A stretch of DNA of 20,000 nucleotides from an uncultured virus (IMG/VR IMGVR_UViG_3300030380_002211) (Duplodnaviria; Heunggongvirae; Uroviricota; Caudoviricetes), in IMG/VR virus record IMGVR_UViG_3300030380_002211, one strand, 5' to 3'. Each line of letters starts with the position of its first letter. Position 1 is the stretch's first letter. Positions 7,833-17,430 of the stretch are shown one piece after another. The notes under the pieces are model-generated. The model was given only the letters and a program-made list of their open reading frames with translations. It was not told the origin of the DNA and searched no databases. The position numbers and the translations under genes are program-made.

Positions 7833-8059
7833 TATATTACTCCTAGTGTCAAGAAGAAAGGAATGCCACCTTGGGCAGCCCATTCTTTGTGTTCATTTTG
7901 ATGGTCACAAACTCGTTGTGCTGGACCTTTAAATTCAGATTCAACAAGAATACTGCCAGTTGGATTCTCAATGCAAAGCCAACGAGTTTTATTTGCATTA
8001 ATACTAACTCTTCTTACCTCATAAGAAAAGTTTGGTTTCTTTGCGACCTTTTTTCTCAT
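7832..8059 (-). CDS. Hypothetical protein (75 aa)
   Basis: ORF fills the gap between neighbours, with 2-nt spacing upstream and a 1-nt overlap downstream. Confidence 0.65.
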   Translation of the reverse strand: MRKKVAKKPNFSYEVRRVSINANKTRWLCIENPTGSILVESEFKGPAQRVCDHQNEHKEWAAQGGIPFFLTLGVI

Positions 8060-8061
8060 AC

Positions 8062-8313
8062 TTACTCTTCTGTTTCAGTTGATACAGGTTCTTCAGCAAC
8101 TTCTTCAGCCTTAGGTTCGTCAACTTCAGCAGAAGATGGTACATTCTCTTGAATATATTTTGCATGATGAGCAATAATAATCTTAGCATTCTGTACATCT
8201 TGCATTAGATTATTAACTTGTTTTTGGTAACTAGTTACCTGTAGTATTGCCTGTTTGACTTCAGGTGTGAATTGAGTTTCATCATACCATTTGTCGTTTA
8301 GTTTAATAGCCAT
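8062..8313 (-). CDS. Hypothetical small coiled-coil protein with acidic tail (83 aa)
   Basis: Strong RBS TAAGGAG; helical middle; C-terminus EEVAEEPVSTETEE. Confidence 0.75.
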   Translation of the reverse strand: MAIKLNDKWYDETQFTPEVKQAILQVTSYQKQVNNLMQDVQNAKIIIAHHAKYIQENVPSSAEVDEPKAEEVAEEPVSTETEE

Positions 8314-8346
8314 ATTATTTAATCTCCTTAAGGTTATGGTTTATGG

Positions 8347-9723
8347 TTATACTTTAAAATCTGAGAACTGTCCCAGTTTTTTAAACTTATCATTAGACGA
8401 TAGTGTGTCTTGCCCACTATCAACTAAATCGGTTTGTGCGTTTTGTTCTACATCATAGAAACGCATTTTAGACCTATCAACACCAAGTATAAATTTTCTA
8501 TTTACAGTTGGGTCGTTATATCTATTCTTCAATTGTTTGACCATTATCTGGTTCTTTTCTTCTAGTTCTTCACTACTAATCAAAGCAAACATAAAGTCAG
8601 CTGTTGCAGGAAGACCAAAACTTTCTGAGGTATCTTCTAGACCTACATCGCTACTTACAAAACCACCTCGTGTTGTTTGAGTAGCAGAGAAGATAGGAAT
8701 ATCATGTTCGACAGCAAGACCTCGCAATTCTTCAGCGATTGCTTTAATCATTGTATAACTATTTACATTTGAACCAGACTTAAATCTAGCCGATGTACAA
8801 ATATTTAGATAGTCAATAAACACGATATCAGGTTTAAAAGATTTCTTTAATGCCAATTCACTAATCAAGTTTTTAAAATGACCTGTGTGAGCAGTAGCAG
8901 TAGGATATTCTTTAATAATTAATTTACCTGTTGTTTTCTTTTGTAACTTATTAATCTTTGTTTCATACATTGAGTATGGTAATTCTTCTAAATCACTCAT
9001 GCCAACATTTAATAAGTTCGAATCTATTCTTTCAGCGATACGTTCTTCAGCCATTTCTAAAGTTATGTATAATACATTTTTACCTTGTAATAAAACAGAT
9101 GAAGCAAGGTGTGTCATAAACATAGTTTTACCAACACCAGTACCTGCAAGACAAATATTTAAAGTCTTACTTGGTATACCACCTCTTGTAATCTTATTAA
9201 AAAACTCTAGGTCTAATTCTAATCTTTCTTCTTTCTTTTTGTAAAAGTCAAATCGTTCTTTTGATTCTTGCAAATAATCATGACCAACTTTCTGGTCAAA
9301 AGATACTGAGAGAGCAGTCGACAATAACTCTGGAAGATATTCTGGTGTATGTTTCTTATCTTTACCATCTATAATTTGTATGCCATTTAAAATCGCATTG
9401 TGAATAGAACGGTCTTTACAAAACTTTTCTGTAGTCTCAACTAACCATTCTAGATTAACTGGTTCAGGATTTAGTGTAGATAATATATCAGTAACTTGTT
9501 TATATTCATCTTCATTAATAGATTTATTACTATTGATTTCTATTGATAAGGATTCTTTTGTAGGAAGATTATTATACTTATTAACAAACTTATATATTTC
9601 TGCAAACAATACTTTTTCTAATCTATCAGTAAAGTATTCTTCTTTAATAAAAGGTAAAACTTTTCTACAATATGCTTCATTGTGAATTAAGTTTCTAATC
9701 GCTGTTCTTTCAATTCTTTCCAT
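8347..9723 (-). CDS. 41: Replicative DnaB-like helicase, T4 gp41 homolog
   Basis: Walker A AGTGVGKT, YITLEMAEE, FIDYLNI, SATQTTR, ESFGLPATAD and KQLKNRY; T4-like synteny. Confidence 0.96.
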   Translation of the reverse strand: MERIERTAIRNLIHNEAYCRKVLPFIKEEYFTDRLEKVLFAEIYKFVNKYNNLPTKESLSIEINSNKSINEDEYKQVTDILSTLNPEPVNLEWLVETTEKFCKDRSIHNAILNGIQIIDGKDKKHTPEYLPELLSTALSVSFDQKVGHDYLQESKERFDFYKKKEERLELDLEFFNKITRGGIPSKTLNICLAGTGVGKTMFMTHLASSVLLQGKNVLYITLEMAEERIAERIDSNLLNVGMSDLEELPYSMYETKINKLQKKTTGKLIIKEYPTATAHTGHFKNLISELALKKSFKPDIVFIDYLNICTSARFKSGSNVNSYTMIKAIAEELRGLAVEHDIPIFSATQTTRGGFVSSDVGLEDTSESFGLPATADFMFALISSEELEEKNQIMVKQLKNRYNDPTVNRKFILGVDRSKMRFYDVEQNAQTDLVDSGQDTLSSNDKFKKLGQFSDFKV

Positions 9724-10070
9724 TACTTACCTTCTTTCAACTGTTCACTAAACCAACTACCTGATAATTGTTCATCAAGCAATACAACTAGAATATCACC
9801 AATATGATTTACAAACTCTTGACTTTCTGTATCAGCCATAATATTATTTTCAATAACAGTATAATCAAACACCATAGGTAAAGCACCTTCTGGTGTCTTT
9901 TCTTCTTCTGGTCTAAAACCTACGTTACCATATTTAAGAACTATACTTGCATATGGTCCACTAATTAATTTAATTGCTGTAAAGTCTTCTCCTGGCTTTT
10001 CAACAAATACATAATCTTCTCTGTGTTTAGGACTGGTCGTCTGGTGTATCGCTGGTGTCTTCGGCTTCAA
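9723..10070 (-). CDS. Conserved small protein in the T4 gp40 position (between uvsX and 41)
   Basis: TTG start behind GGAGA, overlapping the uvsX 3' end. Synteny and size match gp40-like proteins; homology was not verified. Confidence 0.6.
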   Translation of the reverse strand: MKPKTPAIHQTTSPKHREDYVFVEKPGEDFTAIKLISGPYASIVLKYGNVGFRPEEEKTPEGALPMVFDYTVIENNIMADTESQEFVNHIGDILVVLLDEQLSGSWFSEQLKEGK

Positions 10071-11085
10071 CTATATCTCCATATTTAAATTCTTTAGTAC
10101 AAACTTCGTCTAACTGTTTAAGTATATCTGGTGTGAAATACTTTTCAGGATTATTATTAATTGTTTTACCAAATGTTTTAGTGCCATCAGGCAATTCAAC
10201 TCTTGTTGATACTGATTTAAATATACCATGTTTCAATGCTAAATCTAGCAACCCATAATATCTATCTAAACCTTTGTCGTAAGTTAATCGAACATCTACT
10301 ACTTTATTTTCTTTTGTCAATCTAGATTTATAATTTTTACAATGTATTATATTACCAATAATTTCTGTGCCATCTTTTTCTTTTCTTTTTGACAGATAGA
10401 CAATTGAACTAGCCGCATACTTCAGACCAGAACCACCACCCATTTCTTTTGTTGGGAACATACTACCGACAACATCATAAGTATGATTTGTTATGATAAG
10501 AGGAACTTTTGCCTTACCTAACTTTAATGTTAATACTCTAAATGCAGCCTTAACAATTTGTGCCCTTGTCATATCTCTAGTTTCTTTACCTGCCTGTGTA
10601 TCTTCCATTTCTTTAGTTGTTGATAACATGCCTAGAGAATCTAATACAAGTAACAATGGTTTTCGCTCAGACTTATCTTGAGCAATATATTTGTCTAATA
10701 CTGTAATCGCTTGATGTCTAAACTCTTGAACAGTAGTAACTGGCATTACAACCATACGTTGACTATCAATATCTCTTTCTTCTATAATCTCTTTTGTAAC
10801 TGCTGATTCTGATTCAAAAAATATAACACCGCCATCTGGATTCTGGTCGAGAAAGTTTTTACACATACCTAATACAAAGAAAGTTTTCCCTGTGGCACTC
10901 TCACCTGCAATAGCGGTTATCTTGTTTGATGGTAGACCTTTGTTTATACCACCACCTAGTAATGCATTGAATATATAAGAACCTGTATCAATAAAATCTG
11001 TCACATCACCTGACGCACCGTCTGATACTAAACTAGCATATTCATTGCCAGTTTCTTTAATTACGTCTTTTAAAAAATCACTCAT
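10027..11085 (-). CDS. uvsX: RecA-like recombinase UvsX
   Basis: [12 protein letters not shown], Walker [22 protein letters not shown] and [19 protein letters not shown]. Confidence 0.96.
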   Translation of the reverse strand: MSDFLKDVIKETGNEYASLVSDGASGDVTDFIDTGSYIFNALLGGGINKGLPSNKITAIAGESATGKTFFVLGMCKNFLDQNPDGGVIFFESESAVTKEIIEERDIDSQRMVVMPVTTVQEFRHQAITVLDKYIAQDKSERKPLLLVLDSLGMLSTTKEMEDTQAGKETRDMTRAQIVKAAFRVLTLKLGKAKVPLIITNHTYDVVGSMFPTKEMGGGSGLKYAASSIVYLSKRKEKDGTEIIGNIIHCKNYKSRLTKENKVVDVRLTYDKGLDRYYGLLDLALKHGIFKSVSTRVELPDGTKTFGKTINNNPEKYFTPDILKQLDEVCTKEFKYGDIVEAEDTSDTPDDQS

Positions 11086-11117
11086 TATCTACCTCCTCTT
11101 ACATTCTTTTTGTTATT

Positions 11118-11146
11118 ATTATACAGTATGTATAATCTTTTGTCAA
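11118..11146 (-). promoter_or_regulatory. Perfect sigma70 promoter TTGACA-N17-TATAAT upstream of uvsX
   Basis: Minus strand reads TTGACA AAAGATTATACATACTG TATAAT. The -35 overlaps the methyltransferase stop codon. Confidence 0.88.
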
Positions 11147-12471
11147 GCAAAAAAATCATCTAAAGTTGCCTTTCTTGAATTTTTAAATAGGTCTGTTTCT
11201 GGACCAAAACACCAAACATTTTCTATGAACATCTTATTCATAAAGTCAGCCTTTTCTTTTTCACTTTTAAATAGTGTATCCGATTTTGGTCGTTGCATAA
11301 TTCTCATGCCAATCTGACCAAGAAATTTATCTCTAAACTTATCTACTAGTTCATCACCAGAACGATAACGAACATTATGAATTTTTGGATCCATAATATT
11401 TACAAACATAAACTTTGAAACTTCCATAGTTTTTTCTGCAACTGCTAAATAGAATTCATCACGCCATTTATCATACTCGTTAAACTTATGCCATGATTGT
11501 AATTCTTGTTTATCACCACCCTTGTTATATTGTTCGGTAGAGAAATATGGCGGACTTGTAAATGCAACATCAATCTTTGGCAACATATGATATGGTAAAT
11601 CTTCTGCACCACAATTCCATATCTGCACTTTTTTAGGTGTAGGTAAAAGTTTATTGTATGTAGCAATTTGTTCTTGATATCTTTGATATGTATTTGGGTT
11701 AGGGTCACAACCATAATATTCTTCAGCGTCTGAAGCAAAGAAACCTGCAAGTCTATCACCCCAACCACAACTTGTATCCAAAACTGTTTTAGCATTTGTA
11801 ATATCATAGATTGCTTTTGCAACAACTGGTTTAAATTGTGTTGCAATATATGTACCCAATCTAAATGCTGATATGTAACTCTTTTCATCTAATCGACCAC
11901 CTACTAATTTTTCAGTTTCAGTACCATCTAATTCTTTTATCTTTGTTAGTTTAACATCATTAATGCCTCGCCATATTGGGCCTAAACATTTCCATATAGC
12001 ATATGCATCACCATTTTCCCAAACTTCTTTAGGTGCTCTGAAGCCATAACTACTACATTCTAATCGTAAGTCTTGCATAAAATAATTACTTATGTCATTA
12101 AAGGTACTAGCACCATTTATCAAACCAAGTCCATACTTACTGTAAGGATATTTGTAATCGTCATACTTTTCAAATACTTCTTTTTCTACTTGTTCGTTAG
12201 GAATACAAATAGTACTAGTATCAAACTTTTTAAGACGACCAAAACTAAGTCTCATATCACTACTAGTTATTTCTTTAAGTGGAAACACTGGTCTTTCTGA
12301 AGCAATATAGTCTGCTAAATGTGTTCTCATCTTCTCTTTTCCGTATTCATCATTCATTTTTTCGAATACAGTAGATGTCAAGATAGGTAGTTTACCGTCT
12401 GTAGCGGCGGCTAAGAGACGGTTATATAGTTCATTGTCTCGTTCATAGTGTGTAAATGCGTTTTCTTTCAT
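11143..12471 (-). CDS. Amino (N4-C or N6-A) DNA methyltransferase (442 aa)
   Basis: SAM-binding VLDTSCGWGDRL followed by YYGCDPN and catalytic FTSPPY. Start overlaps the gp43 stop (TAATG). Confidence 0.82.
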   Translation of the reverse strand: MKENAFTHYERDNELYNRLLAAATDGKLPILTSTVFEKMNDEYGKEKMRTHLADYIASERPVFPLKEITSSDMRLSFGRLKKFDTSTICIPNEQVEKEVFEKYDDYKYPYSKYGLGLINGASTFNDISNYFMQDLRLECSSYGFRAPKEVWENGDAYAIWKCLGPIWRGINDVKLTKIKELDGTETEKLVGGRLDEKSYISAFRLGTYIATQFKPVVAKAIYDITNAKTVLDTSCGWGDRLAGFFASDAEEYYGCDPNPNTYQRYQEQIATYNKLLPTPKKVQIWNCGAEDLPYHMLPKIDVAFTSPPYFSTEQYNKGGDKQELQSWHKFNEYDKWRDEFYLAVAEKTMEVSKFMFVNIMDPKIHNVRYRSGDELVDKFRDKFLGQIGMRIMQRPKSDTLFKSEKEKADFMNKMFIENVWCFGPETDLFKNSRKATLDDFFA

Positions 12472-14966
12472 TAAAAGAAGTTGTCCAGAGTTGATTGTTT
12501 TTCAAAATTCCAGTTGATGGCGTTCACAATAAATCGTAATGGTTCTAAGAATGACTTGTCAAACTGCTCATCATGATTAATATATCCATGTAAATTAAAT
12601 TCTTGTGGCAAGTGAGTAGGGAAAGATATAACTCTTTCTCTTAACGGATTAGGTTCTTTTAAAACAATAAATTTAATCTTATCACCTTCTTGTATTTCTT
12701 CATACTTAACTAACTTGTTTTTCTTTAGTAAGTTATTATACAGTAAAGCACCTTTCACATGAATTGGTGTTGACTTTTGATATATGTCTGTTGATGAAGA
12801 ATACTTTCTAAGATTATTACAAGAACGAGGATATGCAATCTGTTCTGGTCGTAACTTTTTAAAGTGTGTTCTAAAATCATCAATAAATTCTATCAAAGCA
12901 TTTTCATCTTTAGTCATAATTACTTTCAATGCTTCTTTAATCTTAACACGACAAGGGGCAGGTGTCGAACTCTTAACTGCTTCGATACCCATAATCTTTA
13001 ACTTAGGTTCTTTTAAATCAACGCCTTCTTCATTGAAGACATTAAGAATATATCTCTTCTTGGCAGTCCATATGCCTTTGTTAGCAATTACTTCTCGTTT
13101 CATAATCATCTTTTGGTCAAATGCATTTACATATTTAGCAAGTTTGTCATAACTTTCATCAATTGCTTTTTGCAATTTCTCTTCACAAAATCTATCTAGA
13201 ACTTTTACAATCTTTCTTGTATCAGATTTATCTTTAAATATTTTATCTACAACAGCACCAAGTCTTACATAGATAGAGTCAGTATCAGAAGCCACAACAT
13301 AAGTTACATCTTTTGTTTTTAATAAATCATTTAAATACTTATTTACATCTCTTTCAATCCATCTAATTGCAAGTTGACCTGCCTTTGTAATACCTTCTGC
13401 ATGTCTTACATCAAAGTATTTAAAGTATTGATTACCGATAGCACCATAAGCACTATTCAAAGCAATCTTTCTTGCAAGTTGAATATTATGATTAGCCGCA
13501 ATGTCATTTAATAGTTTTTTATCACCAGTTTCTTGATATAACTTTTTACATTCAATCATTTTCTTTTTATAGATAACTCGTTCTTTGTATAGTTTATCCA
13601 TTAACTTAGGAAGAAAACCTTGTTTGTCTGTTCTAAACATTGCACCATTAGGTGTAATAGTAGAACCATCTAGGTGAGATAAATCAGATTCTTGATTTAA
13701 CATTTTATCTACACTTACAGAATTAGGTTCAAACCCGACCATTGTTTCAGGTGAAATATTATACTGCATAATTAAATGTGGATACAAACTGTTCAAATCA
13801 AAACTACAAATCCAGTCGTGAAAACCTACAACAGGATCCTTTACATAAGCACCTTCATAACCACCAGAGTATTCGTTTTCATTTACAGCAGGACAAACAA
13901 GTTTATTCTCTTTGAGATAATTAAATATGATAGTATCCCACATACGAACTTGACCAAACACATCTTGATAATTTACTTTGCCTTCATAAGCCATAGTCAA
14001 ATGTAAAGCAATCAACTGCATTTTATCTTCTAACTTATCGACTAACTCAACATCTTGAATATTATATTCTACAAATAATTGATAATCGTTTTGATAAAAC
14101 TCTTTGAAAGTATCATATGGATTCTCTAGTTTGTTTTCGCCTAATTCTACTTCACCAATGTAATCTAGTTTGTAACTTTCTTGTCTAATAAATGTATGTT
14201 TACGATATAGGTCAAGATAATCTAAAACTGAAACACCAAGAATATCATAATAGTTTTGTTCTCTATTGAATCCTTTAGCAGTTATCTTTGCACTATTAGA
14301 AGTTACGATACCCCAAGGACTAAATTGATTTACAAATTCATCACCCATAAGATATCTAAAACGATTCATCAAATAAGGTATGTCAAAGAACTTAACATTC
14401 CAACCTGTCACAATATCAGGATTGTAAGCAGTCCAGAACTTAGTAAACTTTTGTATCAAGTCTCTTTCAGTAGAACATTTAAAATACTTTACATCATCAC
14501 GGTCATTAACAAAGTTGCCACAACCGAAAACAATAATACTTTTTCTTGCATGGTCTTTTACAGTAATACAAATTAAAGGTTCACTTGCAACACTAGGGTC
14601 AGGGAAACCATTTTCACTTTCACACTCAATATCAATTGTGATTAATCTTATCTGTTTTAAATCCCAATCAATCTTGCCTGGAAACTTATCTGCAATATAT
14701 GGATATTGAAATCTTGTATTACCAAAATATTCAAAGTTAGTTACACCTTTGTATTCGTCAATCCACTTTCTTGCCTCATACATACTGTCGTGTTGTATCT
14801 TTGCTACATTACGACCATCTAAAGTTTTGTATCCTGTTTCTTTTTGAACAGGAGTAAACAAAGATGGTTTGTAATTTACTTTAAACTTCTTATGACTACC
14901 ATCATGGTCTATACCACGAACGAGCAGTCGACCTTTATGTGGCAGTACACTCGTATAGAACTTCAC
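12471..14966 (-). CDS. 43: Family B DNA polymerase, T4 gp43 homolog (831 aa)
   Basis: Exonuclease motifs DIECES, GWNVKFFDIPY and YNIQDV. Polymerase motifs SFDLNSLYP, KIALNSAYG and SDTDS. Clamp-binding tail TLDNFF. GTG start. Confidence 0.97.
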   Translation of the reverse strand: MKFYTSVLPHKGRLLVRGIDHDGSHKKFKVNYKPSLFTPVQKETGYKTLDGRNVAKIQHDSMYEARKWIDEYKGVTNFEYFGNTRFQYPYIADKFPGKIDWDLKQIRLITIDIECESENGFPDPSVASEPLICITVKDHARKSIIVFGCGNFVNDRDDVKYFKCSTERDLIQKFTKFWTAYNPDIVTGWNVKFFDIPYLMNRFRYLMGDEFVNQFSPWGIVTSNSAKITAKGFNREQNYYDILGVSVLDYLDLYRKHTFIRQESYKLDYIGEVELGENKLENPYDTFKEFYQNDYQLFVEYNIQDVELVDKLEDKMQLIALHLTMAYEGKVNYQDVFGQVRMWDTIIFNYLKENKLVCPAVNENEYSGGYEGAYVKDPVVGFHDWICSFDLNSLYPHLIMQYNISPETMVGFEPNSVSVDKMLNQESDLSHLDGSTITPNGAMFRTDKQGFLPKLMDKLYKERVIYKKKMIECKKLYQETGDKKLLNDIAANHNIQLARKIALNSAYGAIGNQYFKYFDVRHAEGITKAGQLAIRWIERDVNKYLNDLLKTKDVTYVVASDTDSIYVRLGAVVDKIFKDKSDTRKIVKVLDRFCEEKLQKAIDESYDKLAKYVNAFDQKMIMKREVIANKGIWTAKKRYILNVFNEEGVDLKEPKLKIMGIEAVKSSTPAPCRVKIKEALKVIMTKDENALIEFIDDFRTHFKKLRPEQIAYPRSCNNLRKYSSSTDIYQKSTPIHVKGALLYNNLLKKNKLVKYEEIQEGDKIKFIVLKEPNPLRERVISFPTHLPQEFNLHGYINHDEQFDKSFLEPLRFIVNAINWNFEKQSTLDNFF

Positions 14967-15189
14967 TATATTTGTGTATTGTTGAAGTGTTTGTTTAGTG
15001 CTGTTAGTTTTTCTTCAGCAGATGCCAACAAGTCCAGTTGTTTGTCTATCTCTTCAACAAACTGTGGGTGTTCGCCAATACCTACTGACTTATCAAAATT
15101 AGAGTAGCGTATGCGGCTGCGATATCTGCTTCGTATTTTTTAAGTAATGCCTTGAATAAGGGATTGTCTGATTGATGCGATTTTGCCAT
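14966..15189 (-). pseudogene. Frameshifted small helical protein gene (GIGEHP-type) directly upstream of gp43
   Basis: ATG 15189 behind AGAGAGG gives MAKSHQSDNPLFKALLKKYEADIAAAYATLILISQ* (stop 15084-15082). A second frame from 15097 gives FDKSVGIGEHPQFVEEIDKQLDLLASAEEKLTALNKHFNNTQI*, whose stop overlaps the gp43 GTG. The break is near 15098-15100. Confidence 0.7.
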
Positions 15190-15220
15190 TGTAATTTACC
15201 TCTCTTTCATAATTTAAATA

Positions 15221-15249
15221 ATTATAACACAAAAATGTTATGTTGTAAA
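15221..15249 (-). promoter_or_regulatory. Sigma70-like promoter TTTACA-N17-TATAAT (extended -10) upstream of the gp43 unit
   Basis: Minus strand reads TTTACA ACATAACATTTTTGTGT TATAAT. Confidence 0.82.
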
Positions 15250-15252
15250 GCA

Positions 15253-16635
15253 CTAGTCTAAACTATACTTAGTTGTAACCACATATTTTCTATCTGGATT
15301 TACCATAACATTTACTCTACTCATAAACTCTCGGTCAAATAGAATTGGCGTTCTATTTTCTCTATCATCTAAAGTAAATTCTGTTTCATATATAGTGCCT
15401 AAGAACTCGACATCTAGTTTAACAACATATCTAGTTTCATCATAGTTTCTTAAACCACCTACTGATATTTCTTCTTTGCGAATTATATCACTTGTAATTG
15501 TTTTATCACCTAATGTCCATGTAATCTTTTTATCTTTTACATTCATTTTGTCAGCATGAATAACTGACATGCCTGAATTACCAGTATCAAACTTTGCAAC
15601 AATTTCACCAAATGGTTTGATAGTTACAATCTCTTTGAATCCACATTCACTTGGTACTTTAACCCAATTATTTTTGTCAGCAAAGAATTCTATAATCTCT
15701 TTACTAATATTTTGACCACTTGCTTCTTCCATACCTTCAGTACCAGGAGATGAATTTACCTCGATAACAAATGGTGGTTCTTTTTCTCTATTCTTACTTG
15801 GTATAAAGTCAACAGCAGTCCATAATCCATTAACTGCTTTTGCAGCCTTTAAACTTTCTTCTATTTCTAATTCTGTTAGTTTTAATTTTTCTGGTTTAGA
15901 GCCTTGGGATACATTACTTCTAAAGTCGCCTTCAATTACTGGTCGCTTCATTGTCGCTAAAACTTTATTGCCTAATACTAATACTCTAACATCATAATCT
16001 GTTTTAATATATTCTTGTAAAAGTAAATCTGTATCTTCATCTTGTTTGTAAATTAATTGTACAATACTATCTAATGCTTTTTCTGATTCGATAAACAATA
16101 CACCAACACCTTTTGAGCCTCTTAAAGTTTTCATAATCACAGGCATTTGTGTATCTAGTTTATCAAATGCTAATGCTGATTTTTCTGGGTCATTTATAAG
16201 TGTAGTTTTAGGTTGTCTAATACCATAATCAGAAAGTCTTAATGCTGTTCTATACTTGTCTGTACATATACTAATACATTCTCTACTATTGATTACACAA
16301 ATACTATGTTTTTCTAATGATGATACGATATCCATCCAACTGTCTCTTCTGACAACTGAACCTCTAATAATAGTTATTGTATCAGCACTTGAAACTGCAA
16401 AACCTTTTTCGTCATCTTTATTATGTAATCTAAAAATGCCATCTTCGTATGTAGAATAACCACCAGTTAATTTATACAGATAATGTTTCCAACCTAACTT
16501 TTCTGCCTCTTCTTTTAACCTATCAGCAGTATGAAAAGTTTTTGCCTTTTCAGGCTCATCTGTAATTATAACTAATTTATATTTCTGCTCGCCATTGGCT
16601 TCAGATATAAATTCTCTAAACTTCGGTGCCTTCAT
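15253..16635 (-). CDS. RimK-family ATP-grasp ligase fused to a C-terminal retropepsin-like (RimB-like) protease (460 aa)
   Basis: ATP-grasp motifs DKY, PVIMKTLRGSKGVGV, LLQEYI, DVRVLV, FRSNVSQG and VIEVNSSPG. C-terminal region of about 130 aa has AKFDTGNS and FTLDDR...ILFDREFM. Confidence 0.85.
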   Translation of the reverse strand: MKAPKFREFISEANGEQKYKLVIITDEPEKAKTFHTADRLKEEAEKLGWKHYLYKLTGGYSTYEDGIFRLHNKDDEKGFAVSSADTITIIRGSVVRRDSWMDIVSSLEKHSICVINSRECISICTDKYRTALRLSDYGIRQPKTTLINDPEKSALAFDKLDTQMPVIMKTLRGSKGVGVLFIESEKALDSIVQLIYKQDEDTDLLLQEYIKTDYDVRVLVLGNKVLATMKRPVIEGDFRSNVSQGSKPEKLKLTELEIEESLKAAKAVNGLWTAVDFIPSKNREKEPPFVIEVNSSPGTEGMEEASGQNISKEIIEFFADKNNWVKVPSECGFKEIVTIKPFGEIVAKFDTGNSGMSVIHADKMNVKDKKITWTLGDKTITSDIIRKEEISVGGLRNYDETRYVVKLDVEFLGTIYETEFTLDDRENRTPILFDREFMSRVNVMVNPDRKYVVTTKYSLD

Positions 16636-17044
16636 CTATTTTTTTACCTATATTATATTTTGCTTGTAAGTCCCATTCATTCTTTTCTTTGAAACTTAAA
16701 ACTTTTATTTGTGATAGAGGCGCTTTCTTTTCAGCAACTGTGGCATTAACTATTGCAATTAATCCCCAATCGCCTAATAATTGAGCAATTGTATTTCTTC
16801 TTTCAATATCGTTCTCGGTTAAGTTCGCTTCTTTACCATCTAACGCAAATAGTTCTTTGAAATGCGTTATGAAATATCTACCTTGTTTGTGTAGTATGTG
16901 ACACGATTGAAATAATTTTTTATCTTTTCTAGAGGCAACACCAATTCTAGTTAGTGTTTCACGAACCTTTAAAAAATCGTCTGGTTCTTTCAATTGGACT
17001 TCCAGCATATTACCTGGGTCCCAACTATTATCTAATTCATTCAT
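16616..17044 (-). CDS. regA: Translational repressor RegA
   Basis: DDFLKVRETLTRIGVA, QSCHILHKQGRYFITHFKELFALDG; follows gp62. Confidence 0.96.
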   Translation of the reverse strand: MNELDNSWDPGNMLEVQLKEPDDFLKVRETLTRIGVASRKDKKLFQSCHILHKQGRYFITHFKELFALDGKEANLTENDIERRNTIAQLLGDWGLIAIVNATVAEKKAPLSQIKVLSFKEKNEWDLQAKYNIGKKIDEGTEV

Positions 17045-17430
17045 TTTATCCCACCTTTATATAATTTTTCCTTGATAAGGTTTATCTCATCTTTGGTGAG
17101 TATATCAAGAGCGGACTTTGCTTTATCATTACTATATCCATAATACTCTTTTACACACTCAATCTCTTTTAGTTTACTCGCCCTTAGAAACGGACTATAG
17201 CGTTTCTTAGTTCTAATACTATTTAGTAGAAATTGAAATTGCATATCTTTGTCTATGAAATGATTTCTATTCATCTCATTTACAAGCATGATAGTATCTG
17301 AAAAAGCAGATAACATTTTATTTACAATGAAAGGTGGATACTTCTTCTTCCATAAATCATCTTCAGACTTCATTAAGTCTTTCTTTGTAAAATTTATAGC
17401 GTTTAAGTATTCTTTAAGGTCATAACTCAT
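17041..17430 (-). CDS. 62: Clamp loader small subunit, gp62 homolog
   Basis: YLNAIN...YPPFIVN...NEMN...KEYYGYSNDKA; ATGA-coupled between 44 and regA. Confidence 0.92.
   Translation of the reverse strand: MSYDLKEYLNAINFTKKDLMKSEDDLWKKKYPPFIVNKMLSAFSDTIMLVNEMNRNHFIDKDMQFQFLLNSIRTKKRYSPFLRASKLKEIECVKEYYGYSNDKAKSALDILTKDEINLIKEKLYKGGIK

Noticed and set aside
7831..7852. TTGACA...TATAAT on the minus strand above the DUF1599-like gene
   Set aside because: The spacer is only 10 nt, and the TATAAT is the stop/start overlap of two genes.
7833..7883. Longest-ORF starts in the track (7883, 7540, 4217, 19105, 19799)
   Set aside because: Downstream ATGs (7832, 7516, 4202, 19072, 19766) have better RBS, stop-start coupling or promoter geometry.
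11445..11888. Alternative-frame minus-strand ORFs (11445-11888 and 4852-5040)
   Set aside because: Fully nested in the methyltransferase and ligase-like genes, with no motifs or convincing RBS.
12471..14966. Intein, intron or split in gp43 (also considered for gp41 and uvsX)
   Set aside because: ORFs are continuous, of normal length, with normal motif spacing and no intein terminal signatures noticed.
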